A DNA stretch of 24,000 bases from Bacteroidota bacterium (GCA_048498115.1 JBEHYP010000003.1:53863-77862), one strand, 5' to 3'. Positions 7,752-15,755 are shown, numbered from the stretch's first letter. Program-made: numbers and translations. The notes: generated from the sequence alone by a model not told the origin.

Positions 7752-8195
7752 ATGCAAAAAATCGCCATCAACATTGTAAACAATTCTTCCAATCCATTGC
7801 CCGCATATGCCACCGAAGGTTCAGCGGGAATGGATATAAGGGCCAGCCTGCAGGAGCCTGTTGTATTAAAACCTTTGGAAAGGGCATTGGTACCCACCGG
7901 CCTGTTTATCGAATTACCTGAAGGCTACGAAGCACAGATGAGGCCAAGAAGCGGGCTGGCCATTAACCACGGCATTACCTGCCTTAACAGCCCCGGCACC
8001 ATTGACAGCGATTACAGGGGCGAATTGAAAGTGATATTGATAAATCTCGGCAGCGAACCCCATTCCATCAGCAACGGCGACCGTATTGCACAAATAATTT
8101 TTGCCAAAGCAGAAAAAGCAGCACTGAATTTGGTAGATAATCTTACAGTGACCATGAGAGGCGAAGGCGGGTTTGGCCATACCGGGAAACATTAA
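7752..8195 (+). CDS. dut: dUTP diphosphatase
   Basis: dUTPase motifs are all present: [31 protein letters not shown] and the C-terminal GEGGFGHTG. Confidence 0.95.
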   Translation: MQKIAINIVNNSSNPLPAYATEGSAGMDIRASLQEPVVLKPLERALVPTGLFIELPEGYEAQMRPRSGLAINHGITCLNSPGTIDSDYRGELKVILINLGSEPHSISNGDRIAQIIFAKAEKAALNLVDNLTVTMRGEGGFGHTGKH

Positions 8196-8212
8196 AAATT
8201 ATTTTTTTATTA

Positions 8213-9049
8213 ATGAGATACCTCATGAAAAAACAGCATTTCCTTTTTTTACTTGCTATACTGTCCCTGTTTTTTTTCAGCAGCTGCAAATCCACTAAAA
8301 AGATCCAGGCAGCCATCGCTAAAAAAGACAGCACCTCCGTACTGATAAAAGAAACTTCCAATGAAGATTCGCTGAACATCATTAAAACAGCAGTTGACGG
8401 CATTCATAAAAAACATACGGACTTTGCTACTTTTTCTGCCAAGATAAAAGTGGATTATGAAGACAGCAAGGGCAAGCAGCCGGGCATCACTGCATTTGTA
8501 CGGATGATCAAGGACAGTGTGATATGGGTATCCGGCTATGCCACCCTGTTCAACATTGAAGCTTTCCGGCTGATGATTACAAAAGACAGCGTGTTTGTAA
8601 TAGATAAAATAAACAAGGAAATACAGCTGCGGTCAATTGATTATTTACAGGAAGTGACCCAGATACCTTTTGATTTTGGTACGGTGCAGGACCTGCTGAT
8701 AGGCAATCCCATTTTTTTTACAGACAGCGTGGTATCCTATAAGGAGACAGAAGCAAAAGTGCTTATCGCCACTATCGGCAGCACCTTTAAGCACCTGCTT
8801 ACCCTGGATAAAGCAAGCAACAATATTGTGCACAGCAAGCTTGATGACCTCGACATCAGCCGGAACCGCACAGCAGATATTACCTACGATGAGTTTGAAA
8901 ACCATAACGGCATTGTTTTTCCTACTAAAAGAGAAATAGTGGTATCGGAAAAAAACAAGCTGGATATCGAGCTTAAGTACAAGCAATATGATTTTGATAA
9001 AGAAATACAGGTAAATTTTAACATCCCGAAGAATTACAAACGCAGGTAA
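8213..9049 (+). CDS. DUF4292-family outer-membrane lipoprotein (LolB-like fold family; function unknown)
   Basis: Lipoprotein signal (LFFFSSC). The sequence pattern and the dut ... DUF4292 - EnvC-like neighbourhood are typical of Bacteroidota. An alternative start lies at ATG 8225. Confidence 0.72.
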   Translation: MRYLMKKQHFLFLLAILSLFFFSSCKSTKKIQAAIAKKDSTSVLIKETSNEDSLNIIKTAVDGIHKKHTDFATFSAKIKVDYEDSKGKQPGITAFVRMIKDSVIWVSGYATLFNIEAFRLMITKDSVFVIDKINKEIQLRSIDYLQEVTQIPFDFGTVQDLLIGNPIFFTDSVVSYKETEAKVLIATIGSTFKHLLTLDKASNNIVHSKLDDLDISRNRTADITYDEFENHNGIVFPTKREIVVSEKNKLDIELKYKQYDFDKEIQVNFNIPKNYKRR

Positions 9050-9246
9050 GTGTATATTTTTATATGCCTGTTCTGTTTGATAATCCTTTAATTTACGCCT
9101 GAAGAAAAAATTTTACCTTTTAAATTGTTACATGGTTATATTGCTGTATTGCTGATAAGCTCTTTATATTAAGAATGCCGGCAGCAATTCAACCATTTCA
9201 GCAGTTAAGCAATGTGTTTTTACTAATCCCATAAAAAACCTGGTGC

Positions 9247-10530
9247 ATGAACAGGATTATTGCAACCATTATTTTTTTATTTACGGCCATAGCGGCAACA
9301 GCGCAGGTACCTGCCTCAAAAGAACAGCAGGACCTTGAGAAAGAACGCCAGCAACTGAAAAAAGAACTGGAACAGGCGCAGGCAATGCTGGATAAGAACC
9401 GTAAATCAACCAAAGAAAACCTGAGCATACTCAGCGGCATCAATCACAAGCTGCGGATACAGGAAAATATGGTGAACAACATCAACAGGGAAATAAACCT
9501 GATGGATAATAACATCTACAAGAGCCAGCGTGATATTAATAAGCTGCAGCTGCTGCTTGATACATTGAAACAGGAATATGCCAAAAGCATGGTGTATGCG
9601 TATAAAAACAGGAGCAACTCCGATTTTCTGAATTTTATTTTTTCCTCCTCCAGCTTTAATGATGCCATCAAGCGCATTAATTATTTAAAAAGCTACCGCA
9701 ATTTCCGTGAGATGCAGGGTGATAATATTCTGCGTACACAGGCTTTGCTTAAAACAAGAATCGGTGAATTAAATGGCTCCAGGAAAAAGAAGAATGAAGT
9801 GCTGGTAGTGCAAAGCAAAGAAGCGGATGCATTGCAGGCGCAGCAGGAAGAAAAAAATAAAATTGTGGCGCAGCTAAAAGCACAGGGCAAAGAGCTGAAT
9901 GCGCAGGTAGCTGCCAAAAAGAAGCAAATGACAAAGGTGAACAATGCCATTGCTGCTGCTATTAAACGGGCTATTAAGGAAGCGAATGACCTGGCTGCTG
10001 AAAAAGCCAGGGCTGCCAAAGCCGCAACACCCACTGCTAAATCAACCACTGCTGCTAAAAAAACAGAGGCGGCGGCAAAGCCACGGGAAAATGTACTGCT
10101 GGCTACAGAAGCAGATGTAACGCTTAACGCAAACTTTGAAAGGAATAAACGCAACCTTCCCTGGCCTGTCAACAGCGGATATTTATTGCTGCATTACGGG
10201 GAAAATAAGCTGGAAAGCGGCGTAGTTATAAATTCACAGGGCATTTCCATCGGCTGTGATATAGGCACGCCGGTAAAGGCAATTTTTGACGGCGAAGTAT
10301 TACTGGTAAACAATTACGATGATGTGCAGATGGTAGTGATAAAACACGGCCGTTACTTTACAGGCTACAGCAATATCTCCGGCGTTTCTGTAGCCAAAGG
10401 GCAAAATGTAAAAGTGGGACAGGTGATCGGCAGGTCTGCTGCCAATCTTGACGGTGTGGGCGCTGTAGACCTGCAGATAAGCAACGACAAAGGCGAAATG
10501 AACCCCGAAGCCTGGCTTAAATTGCGTTAA
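9247..10530 (+). CDS. EnvC-like murein hydrolase activator (coiled coil plus degenerate LytM/M23 domain)
   Basis: Signal peptide, a long heptad-rich coiled coil of about 230 aa, an Ala/Lys/Thr linker and a C-terminal LytM fold (GTPVKAIFDGEVLL...VVIKHG...GQVIG). The canonical HxxxD and HxH zinc ligands are missing. Confidence 0.87.
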   Translation: MNRIIATIIFLFTAIAATAQVPASKEQQDLEKERQQLKKELEQAQAMLDKNRKSTKENLSILSGINHKLRIQENMVNNINREINLMDNNIYKSQRDINKLQLLLDTLKQEYAKSMVYAYKNRSNSDFLNFIFSSSSFNDAIKRINYLKSYRNFREMQGDNILRTQALLKTRIGELNGSRKKKNEVLVVQSKEADALQAQQEEKNKIVAQLKAQGKELNAQVAAKKKQMTKVNNAIAAAIKRAIKEANDLAAEKARAAKAATPTAKSTTAAKKTEAAAKPRENVLLATEADVTLNANFERNKRNLPWPVNSGYLLLHYGENKLESGVVINSQGISIGCDIGTPVKAIFDGEVLLVNNYDDVQMVVIKHGRYFTGYSNISGVSVAKGQNVKVGQVIGRSAANLDGVGAVDLQISNDKGEMNPEAWLKLR

Positions 10531-11650
10531 CCTTTACCAAACGGCGGTACAGGTTTTCATATACAGGCACGATATTGCCGATATCGAATTTTTGCGCCTG
10601 TGCCAGGGCGTTGGTTTTAAACTGCTGGTGGATGACCTGGTCTTTTAGAATTTCGAGCGCTTTATTGCACATATCATTTATATCTCCCACATTGCACATA
10701 TAACCGGTCACGCCATTGATATTGATTTCCGGCAGGCCGCCTGCATTGGTGGATATCACAGGCACCTGCGCTGCCATTGCTTCCAGTGCAGATAATCCAA
10801 AGCTTTCATATTCGCTGGTAAGTAAAAATAAATCCGCCAGCGGCAATATATCTTCCATCTGCTCCTGCTTGCCCAGGAACCTGATGTTGGTAGAAGCCAC
10901 GCAATCGCGGCAGAGCGATTCTGCATAAGGCCTTTCAGGGCCATCGCCAAGCAGTATTAATTTAGAAGGTATTTTTTCATTTACCAGCAAAAAAGTATTG
11001 ATAACATCTTCCACCCTTTTCACTTTCCTGAAGTTGGAAGCATGCACCAGTATCTTTTCATTATTGGGTGCAATTAACTTCCTGAACGCATCCACCGGTT
11101 TTTTGTTGAAGCGTTTTACATCCACGAAATTGTGTATCACTTCAATCTCTTTGTCTATGTCAAAATTTTTATAGGTTTCTTCCCTCAGGTTATGCGATAC
11201 GGCTGTAAGCACATCGCTTTCCATCATTGAAAAATTTACTACCGGTTTGTAGGTTTTGTCCCTTCCCACCAGCGTAATATCTGTGCCATGCAGCGTGGTG
11301 ATGACCGGGATGTATTTTCCTTCTTTCAGTAATATCTGCTTTGCCATATATGCAGCCGATGCATGGGGAATGGCATAATGCACGTGCATCAGCTCCACAT
11401 TATTATTGGCAATCACATCCACCATCGTGCTTGCCAGTGCTGTTTCGTAAGGAGGATAATCAAACAAAGGGTAAGTGGGTACTCTCACTTCGTGGTAAAA
11501 AATATTATTGTGAAAACCGCTGAGCCGCACGGGCTGCTGGTAAGTAATGAAATGAATGTTGTGGCCTTTATCGGCAAGGGCTTTGCCCAGTTCTGTTGCC
11601 AGAACGCCGCTGCCCCCGAAAGTGGGATAGCAAACAATAGCAATATTCAT
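10517..11650 (-). CDS. bshA: N-acetyl-alpha-D-glucosaminyl L-malate synthase BshA (GT4 glycosyltransferase, bacillithiol pathway)
   Basis: N-terminal YPTFGGSGVLATELGKALADKGH and C-terminal EYESFGLSALEAMA (E-x7-E), about 377 aa. GT4 membership is certain. The BshA assignment rests on a characteristic N-terminal block recalled from memory. Confidence 0.82.
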   Translation of the reverse strand: MNIAIVCYPTFGGSGVLATELGKALADKGHNIHFITYQQPVRLSGFHNNIFYHEVRVPTYPLFDYPPYETALASTMVDVIANNNVELMHVHYAIPHASAAYMAKQILLKEGKYIPVITTLHGTDITLVGRDKTYKPVVNFSMMESDVLTAVSHNLREETYKNFDIDKEIEVIHNFVDVKRFNKKPVDAFRKLIAPNNEKILVHASNFRKVKRVEDVINTFLLVNEKIPSKLILLGDGPERPYAESLCRDCVASTNIRFLGKQEQMEDILPLADLFLLTSEYESFGLSALEAMAAQVPVISTNAGGLPEININGVTGYMCNVGDINDMCNKALEILKDQVIHQQFKTNALAQAQKFDIGNIVPVYENLYRRLVKVNAI

Positions 11651-11748
11651 AAGTCTAAATGCCGGTGAAAATTCCGGAATTGCAATTTAGCAATTATAAT
11701 TACCAGCAATGCTGCCGCTTATGTATTGGATTTATGAAATGGGGAATT

Positions 11749-12465
11749 TCAAATACCCAGCACTTCCTTCATGCTGAAGATACCTTTTTTGCCCGGTAAA
11801 AATTCGGCGGCAAGCACAGCGCCAGTGGCAAAGCCTTTGCGGCTATGGGCCGTATGGATAATTTCTATATCGTCAATTTCTGAACTATACTTAATGCTGT
11901 GCGTGCCGGGCGCAGGGTCAATGCGTTTGCTGATAATGGAAAGTTCGGAAGCATTGCTTTCAGGCTGGTTTACCCAGCTTTTTTTGCTGTGGATATTTGC
12001 CAGCACCTGCTCTGCCAATGTGATGGCCGTACCGCTGGGTGCATCTTTTTTTTGTGTATGGTGTATCTCTTCCATGCTCACATTATATTCGGCATGGTTA
12101 CCCATCAGTTGCGCCAGATATTTATTCAGCTCAAAAAATAAATTTACGCCTACGCTGAAATTGCTTGCATATAAAAATGAACCGTTTGTTTCTTCACACA
12201 GTTGTTTCATTTTATCCCATTCATGGAGCCAGCCGGTGCTGCCGCAAACCAATGGCACCCCATATTGCAAACAACGGGTAATGTTTTGAACAGCGCTGTG
12301 CGGCCCCGTAAATTCAATGGCCACATCCGCCTTTTGCATATTTTCCCGGGTAAAATCCTGCAGGTTGTCAAAATCAATTTTTAATACAACAGAATGCCCG
12401 CGCTGTAAAGCAATTTCTTCAATAGCTTTTCCCATTTTGCCGTAACCGATCAATGCAATTTTCAT
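11749..12465 (-). CDS. dapB: 4-hydroxy-tetrahydrodipicolinate reductase
   Basis: N-terminal Rossmann motif IGYGKMGK and the catalytic block EIHHTQKKDAPSGTA. Confidence 0.93.
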   Translation of the reverse strand: MKIALIGYGKMGKAIEEIALQRGHSVVLKIDFDNLQDFTRENMQKADVAIEFTGPHSAVQNITRCLQYGVPLVCGSTGWLHEWDKMKQLCEETNGSFLYASNFSVGVNLFFELNKYLAQLMGNHAEYNVSMEEIHHTQKKDAPSGTAITLAEQVLANIHSKKSWVNQPESNASELSIISKRIDPAPGTHSIKYSSEIDDIEIIHTAHSRKGFATGAVLAAEFLPGKKGIFSMKEVLGI

Positions 12466-12480
12466 GGCGAATAATTAATA

Positions 12481-12570
12481 GTTAAATCGTTAAATGGCTG
12501 AATTGTTATTGGCTTTTTTTGTTTGCAATGTTCATCAGCAATTTAACAATGTGACAATACAACAATTTTA
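12481..12570. repeat. Octamer-periodic short-motif arrays in inverted orientation (GTTAAAT / CAAT units)
   Basis: The left arm has 8-bp-phased units gttaaatc, gttaaatg, gctgaatt and gttattgg, starting at 12481, 12489, 12497 and 12505. The right arm has caatttaa, caatgtga, caatacaa and caatttta, starting at 12539, 12547, 12555 and 12563. GTTAAAT is inverted as ATTTAAC (12541-12547). AATTGTT (12501-12507) is inverted as AACAATT (12561-12567). Confidence 0.65.
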
Positions 12571-13158
12571 TTTATGTTTCCTGTCAAGGTTCAATACAAG
12601 GCTGATGCCCGAAGTATTTGCCATCGGGCTGTAGCCGGGTTTTATTTGCAGGCTCAGGTTATCATCCACATCAAATGCTTTTAAATGTGCGTCCACGGTG
12701 GCATCCACTACATTCAGTCCCCAAAAAAGAATAAAAAACAAAACCGAGTAATCTACATTCTGGCGAAAGCTGTTGCGGTAACTCCTGATAGATTCCGTGG
12801 AAAGGTTCCTGAAATCAGGATTGATCAATGCATCATTTGCATCGTTATCGTCCGTTCGGTAAATATAGGCCTGCTTCAGGTCACGGTAATATTTTACGTT
12901 GTAAAAATAAATACCACCTGTAACGCCCAAAGCACCCCACACCAACGGTAGTTTCCAGTATTTTTTATTGTATATCTGCCCCCATCCGGGGATAATGGCA
13001 GAGCGGATAGTGGCAGTATGCGGATTGAATATTTTTACCTGTTTTTTTGCAGTATCGGCTGCTGTATTTTTCACAACAGCACTGCCGGCTACCTGTGCAC
13101 TCAATGTTGCTGTGAAGAAAAATGAAACTAATCCAACAAGCAGCAAAAATCTTTTCAT
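12568..13158 (-). CDS. DUF5683-family membrane protein (function unknown), translationally coupled to parB
   Basis: Signal/TM segment, two further hydrophobic helices and the conserved IPGWGQIYN block. The ATG at 13158 shares its A with the parB TGA stop (TGATG). The TTG at 13161 used by the track is less likely. Confidence 0.72.
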   Translation of the reverse strand: MKRFLLLVGLVSFFFTATLSAQVAGSAVVKNTAADTAKKQVKIFNPHTATIRSAIIPGWGQIYNKKYWKLPLVWGALGVTGGIYFYNVKYYRDLKQAYIYRTDDNDANDALINPDFRNLSTESIRSYRNSFRQNVDYSVLFFILFWGLNVVDATVDAHLKAFDVDDNLSLQIKPGYSPMANTSGISLVLNLDRKHK

Positions 13159-14081
13159 CAACTAATATTTACATTCAGTTTATCCAGCAGCGTATTCAGT
13201 TCTTCCAGTGAATAATAGTCAAATGTTACAGAGCCCTGCCCGTTTTTATTGTGCACCAGCTTTACTTTGGTATTAAACTGCGAGGCTAAATTATCTTCTA
13301 TCTTTTTAAAAGCCGGTGGCAACTGGGCTTTTACCACATTTTTAACGCTGTGGGTGCTGCCTGTATAAAGCCTGCGTACCAGTTCTTCTGTCTGCCTTAC
13401 GGAAAGGCCATCTTTCTTTATCGCTGCAAAAACAAACAATTGCTTTTCCACCGCATCCACATTTATCAACGCCCTTGCATGGCCCATCGTTAATTGACCG
13501 GTTCTAACGGCCACCTGTATATCAGGAGGCAATTTTAATAAGCGGATATAGTTGGCTACCGTGCTGCGTTCTTTACCCATGCGTTCGGCCACCTGCTCCT
13601 GTGTATAATCCAGTTCATCCATCAGGCGCTTGTAGCTGAGGGCAATTTCTATGGCATTAAGATTTTCTCTTTGTAAATTTTCAAGCAATGCCAGCTCAAG
13701 CAATTCTGAATCATTGGCCTGGCGAACATATACCGGCACATCTTTCAGGCCTGCAATTTTTGCGGCACGAAAGCGGCGTTCGCCTGCAATCAGCCTGTAT
13801 TTACCAGCAGCAGGCAACTTGCTTACCGTAAGCGGCTGTATCACATCATGCAGCTTTAACGAAGCAGCCAGTTCGCTCAATGCAATTTCATCAAAATCCC
13901 GGCGGGGTTGTTTGGGGTTTACTTCTATCTGGTCTAATGGAATACGGTTGACTGAAGTGGTTTTTTCCACTACCTCGTTCTTTAATGTTCCCGATGTGCT
14001 TTTTAAATCTGCATCAATATTCTGCAACAGGCTTCTGATGCCTTTACCGAGTGCGTCTTTTTTATTATTTGGAGCGGTCAT
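13158..14081 (-). CDS. parB: Chromosome partitioning protein ParB
   Basis: ALGKGIRSLL N-terminus, ParB box LIAGERRFRAAK and HTH region QEQVAERMGKERSTVANYIRL. I place the start at ATG 14081 (MTAPNNKK...), because the upstream 23 codons in the track translate the octamer repeat. Confidence 0.92.
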   Translation of the reverse strand: MTAPNNKKDALGKGIRSLLQNIDADLKSTSGTLKNEVVEKTTSVNRIPLDQIEVNPKQPRRDFDEIALSELAASLKLHDVIQPLTVSKLPAAGKYRLIAGERRFRAAKIAGLKDVPVYVRQANDSELLELALLENLQRENLNAIEIALSYKRLMDELDYTQEQVAERMGKERSTVANYIRLLKLPPDIQVAVRTGQLTMGHARALINVDAVEKQLFVFAAIKKDGLSVRQTEELVRRLYTGSTHSVKNVVKAQLPPAFKKIEDNLASQFNTKVKLVHNKNGQGSVTFDYYSLEELNTLLDKLNVNIS

Positions 14082-14087
14082 ATTTTC

Positions 14088-14185
14088 AATTTGAAGATTT
14101 GGGGATTTGCTGATTTGATGATTAGGGCATTTATTAAATGCAAAACTCATTACATAATTTTCAAATCATCAAATCTTCAAATCAA
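14088..14185. repeat. Inverted arrays of GATTTG octamer repeats flanking a perfect 15-bp palindrome (parA-parB spacer)
   Basis: Five units [A/G]ATT[T/A]Gnn start at 14088, 14096, 14104, 14112 and 14120. The palindrome GCATTTATTAAATGC lies at 14127-14141. Three CAAATCnn units start at 14162, 14170 and 14178. A 13-bp perfect inverted repeat pairs 14089-14101 with 14170-14182. Confidence 0.88.
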
Positions 14186-14982
14186 TTCATCACTTTTTCT
14201 TCCTGCTTCATCTTCGTCATATTGTTCTTCTGCAAAATTTCCTTGGCAAGGTTAAGGTAATTTACAGCGCCCTTGCTGTCTGCATCATATAATATCACGG
14301 GCTTGCCAAAGCTGGGGGCTTCGCTTAATCTTGTATTGCGGTGTATCATGCTGCTGAATACAATTTCTTCAAAATGTCTCCTCACTTCGGCCACCACCTG
14401 GTTGCACAGCCGCAGGCGGCCATCATACATGGTCATTAAAATACCTTCTATCTGCAACTCAGGGTTCAGGCGGCTTTGCACGATTTTAATAGTGTTGAGC
14501 AATTTGCCCAAACCTTCCAGTGCAAAAAATTCAGTTTGCACCGGTATCACCACGCTGTTGGCCGCCACCAGCGCATTCACCGTTATCAGGCCCAGCGATG
14601 GAGAACAGTCAATAATGATGAAATCATAATCGGCTTCTACCGGTTCCAGTATCTTTTTTAATACCCCTTCCCTGTTGGGATAATTGATCATTTCAATTTC
14701 GGCGCCCACCAAATCTATGTGTGAAGGGATAAGGTCAAGATTGGGCACATCCGTTTTAAGCAGCACATCCTTTGCGCTGGTTTCATTTACCATACAGTCG
14801 TACAGGCTTTGGGTCACATTATGCAGGTCAAATCCCACGCCGGTGGTGCTGTTCGCCTGCGGGTCGGCATCCACCAGCAATGTTTTAAATTCCAGCACTG
14901 CCAGGCTTGCTGCCAGGTTAATAGCAGTTGTTGTTTTGCCCACGCCCCCTTTCTGGTTAGCTATTCCTATTATTCTTGCCAT
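14182..14982 (-). CDS. parA: Chromosome partitioning ATPase ParA/Soj
   Basis: Deviant Walker A ([16 protein letters not shown]), Walker B-like DFIIIDCSP and the typical length. Confidence 0.95.
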   Translation of the reverse strand: MARIIGIANQKGGVGKTTTAINLAASLAVLEFKTLLVDADPQANSTTGVGFDLHNVTQSLYDCMVNETSAKDVLLKTDVPNLDLIPSHIDLVGAEIEMINYPNREGVLKKILEPVEADYDFIIIDCSPSLGLITVNALVAANSVVIPVQTEFFALEGLGKLLNTIKIVQSRLNPELQIEGILMTMYDGRLRLCNQVVAEVRRHFEEIVFSSMIHRNTRLSEAPSFGKPVILYDADSKGAVNYLNLAKEILQKNNMTKMKQEEKVMN

Positions 14983-15033
14983 GTATAAAATGAAATTCTA
15001 AAACTACAGTTGCAAATCCATGTTAAATGCCGC

Positions 15034-15041
15034 CAAAGGTA
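15034..15041 (-). promoter_or_regulatory. -7 box TACCTTTG upstream of parA
   Basis: The plus strand reads CAAAGGTA, an exact TAnnTTTG match on the minus strand, 51 nt upstream of ATG 14982. Confidence 0.35.
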
Positions 15042-15141
15042 CTGTTTGCTATGCAATAACTGACAGCGTGGCAAATTTAACCATTCGGCATAATAATGGA
15101 ACAATTGGCGCCGGCAGTTGTAATAAGATTTGATAAGGCCC

Positions 15142-15149
15142 TAAGTTTG
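15142..15149 (+). promoter_or_regulatory. -7 box TAAGTTTG upstream of the FMN reductase gene
   Basis: Exact TAnnTTTG match, 17 nt upstream of ATG 15167. Confidence 0.4.
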
Positions 15150-15166
15150 GCTACAGATTAAAGAAA

Positions 15167-15676
15167 ATGAGCACATACAGCATCATATCCGGCACCAACC
15201 GGGAAGGAAGCAATACCCTTAAAGTAGCAAAAGAATACCGGCAGTTTTTGAAAGAAAAAGGGATTGAAGCCAACCTGCTTTCACTGGAAAACCTGAACCT
15301 GCTGGAAAGAAACGGGGCTTTTGAAAAAATAGAAAACGAAATCATTATTCCTGCTGATAAATTTATTTTTATAGTGCCGGAATACAATGGCAGTTATCCC
15401 GGCGTATTAAAACTGCTTTTTGATACAGGCAAATCACACAATACATGGTGGCACAAACAAGCGCTGGTAACAGGTGTAAGCACGGGCAGGGGTGGCAACA
15501 TACGGGGGATGGAGCATTTTTCCGGTGTGCTCAATTACCTTAAAATAACTGTGTACCCTAACCTGCTGCCGCTTTCATTAGTGGATACATTAATGGACGC
15601 AGAAGGGAAGTTTACGGATGCAAATACGATAGTAGCAATTAAAAATCAACTGGATGGATTTATCAAATGGCAATAA
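15167..15676 (+). CDS. NAD(P)H-dependent FMN reductase-family oxidoreductase
   Basis: Flavodoxin-like pattern: an N-terminal GTNREGSNT loop, PEYNGSYPGVLK and a size of about 169 aa. Confidence 0.78.
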   Translation: MSTYSIISGTNREGSNTLKVAKEYRQFLKEKGIEANLLSLENLNLLERNGAFEKIENEIIIPADKFIFIVPEYNGSYPGVLKLLFDTGKSHNTWWHKQALVTGVSTGRGGNIRGMEHFSGVLNYLKITVYPNLLPLSLVDTLMDAEGKFTDANTIVAIKNQLDGFIKWQ

Positions 15677-15678
15677 AC

Positions 15679-15704
15679 AGGGAAAGCTATTAACATTTTT
15701 CCCT
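15679..15704 (+). terminator. Weak terminator-like hairpin after the FMN reductase gene
   Basis: Stem AGGGAAA (15679-15685) / TTTCCCT (15698-15704) with a 12-nt loop. The T-run (gttttt) begins only about 7 nt later, so this is a weak call. Confidence 0.3.
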
Positions 15705-15755
15705 TCAACCGTTTTTCATTAAACATTTACCTTCACCCATCAAAAAAAATTACCA

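Noticed and set aside
7669-7782. Unlisted ~37-codon plus-strand ORF ([21 protein letters not shown]...) in the ispF-dut spacer
   Set aside because: It reads through the GC hairpin and the dut promoter box and overlaps the dut start out of frame. It is most simply explained as a chance ORF.
9693-10172. 159-aa minus-strand ORF antisense to the EnvC-like gene
   Set aside because: The Ala/Ser/Phe-rich translation is an artefact of the repetitive coiled-coil and Ala/Lys linker codons on the plus strand. The plus-strand gene has clear homology-type motifs.
14082-14150. 23-codon N-terminal extension of parB (MSFAFNKCPNHQISKSPNLQIEN)
   Set aside because: It is a translation of the octamer repeat array and the palindrome. 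ParB homologs start close to the ALGKGI/RGL motif, which fits ATG 14081.
13158-15041. Canonical parS (TGTTTCACGTGAAACA) near parAB
   Set aside because: I searched by eye for GTTTCAC/GTGAAAC half-sites. Only isolated half-sites occur (for example 20007-20013 inside gpmI and 18586-18592 inside nadC), and there is no palindromic site. No parS is called.
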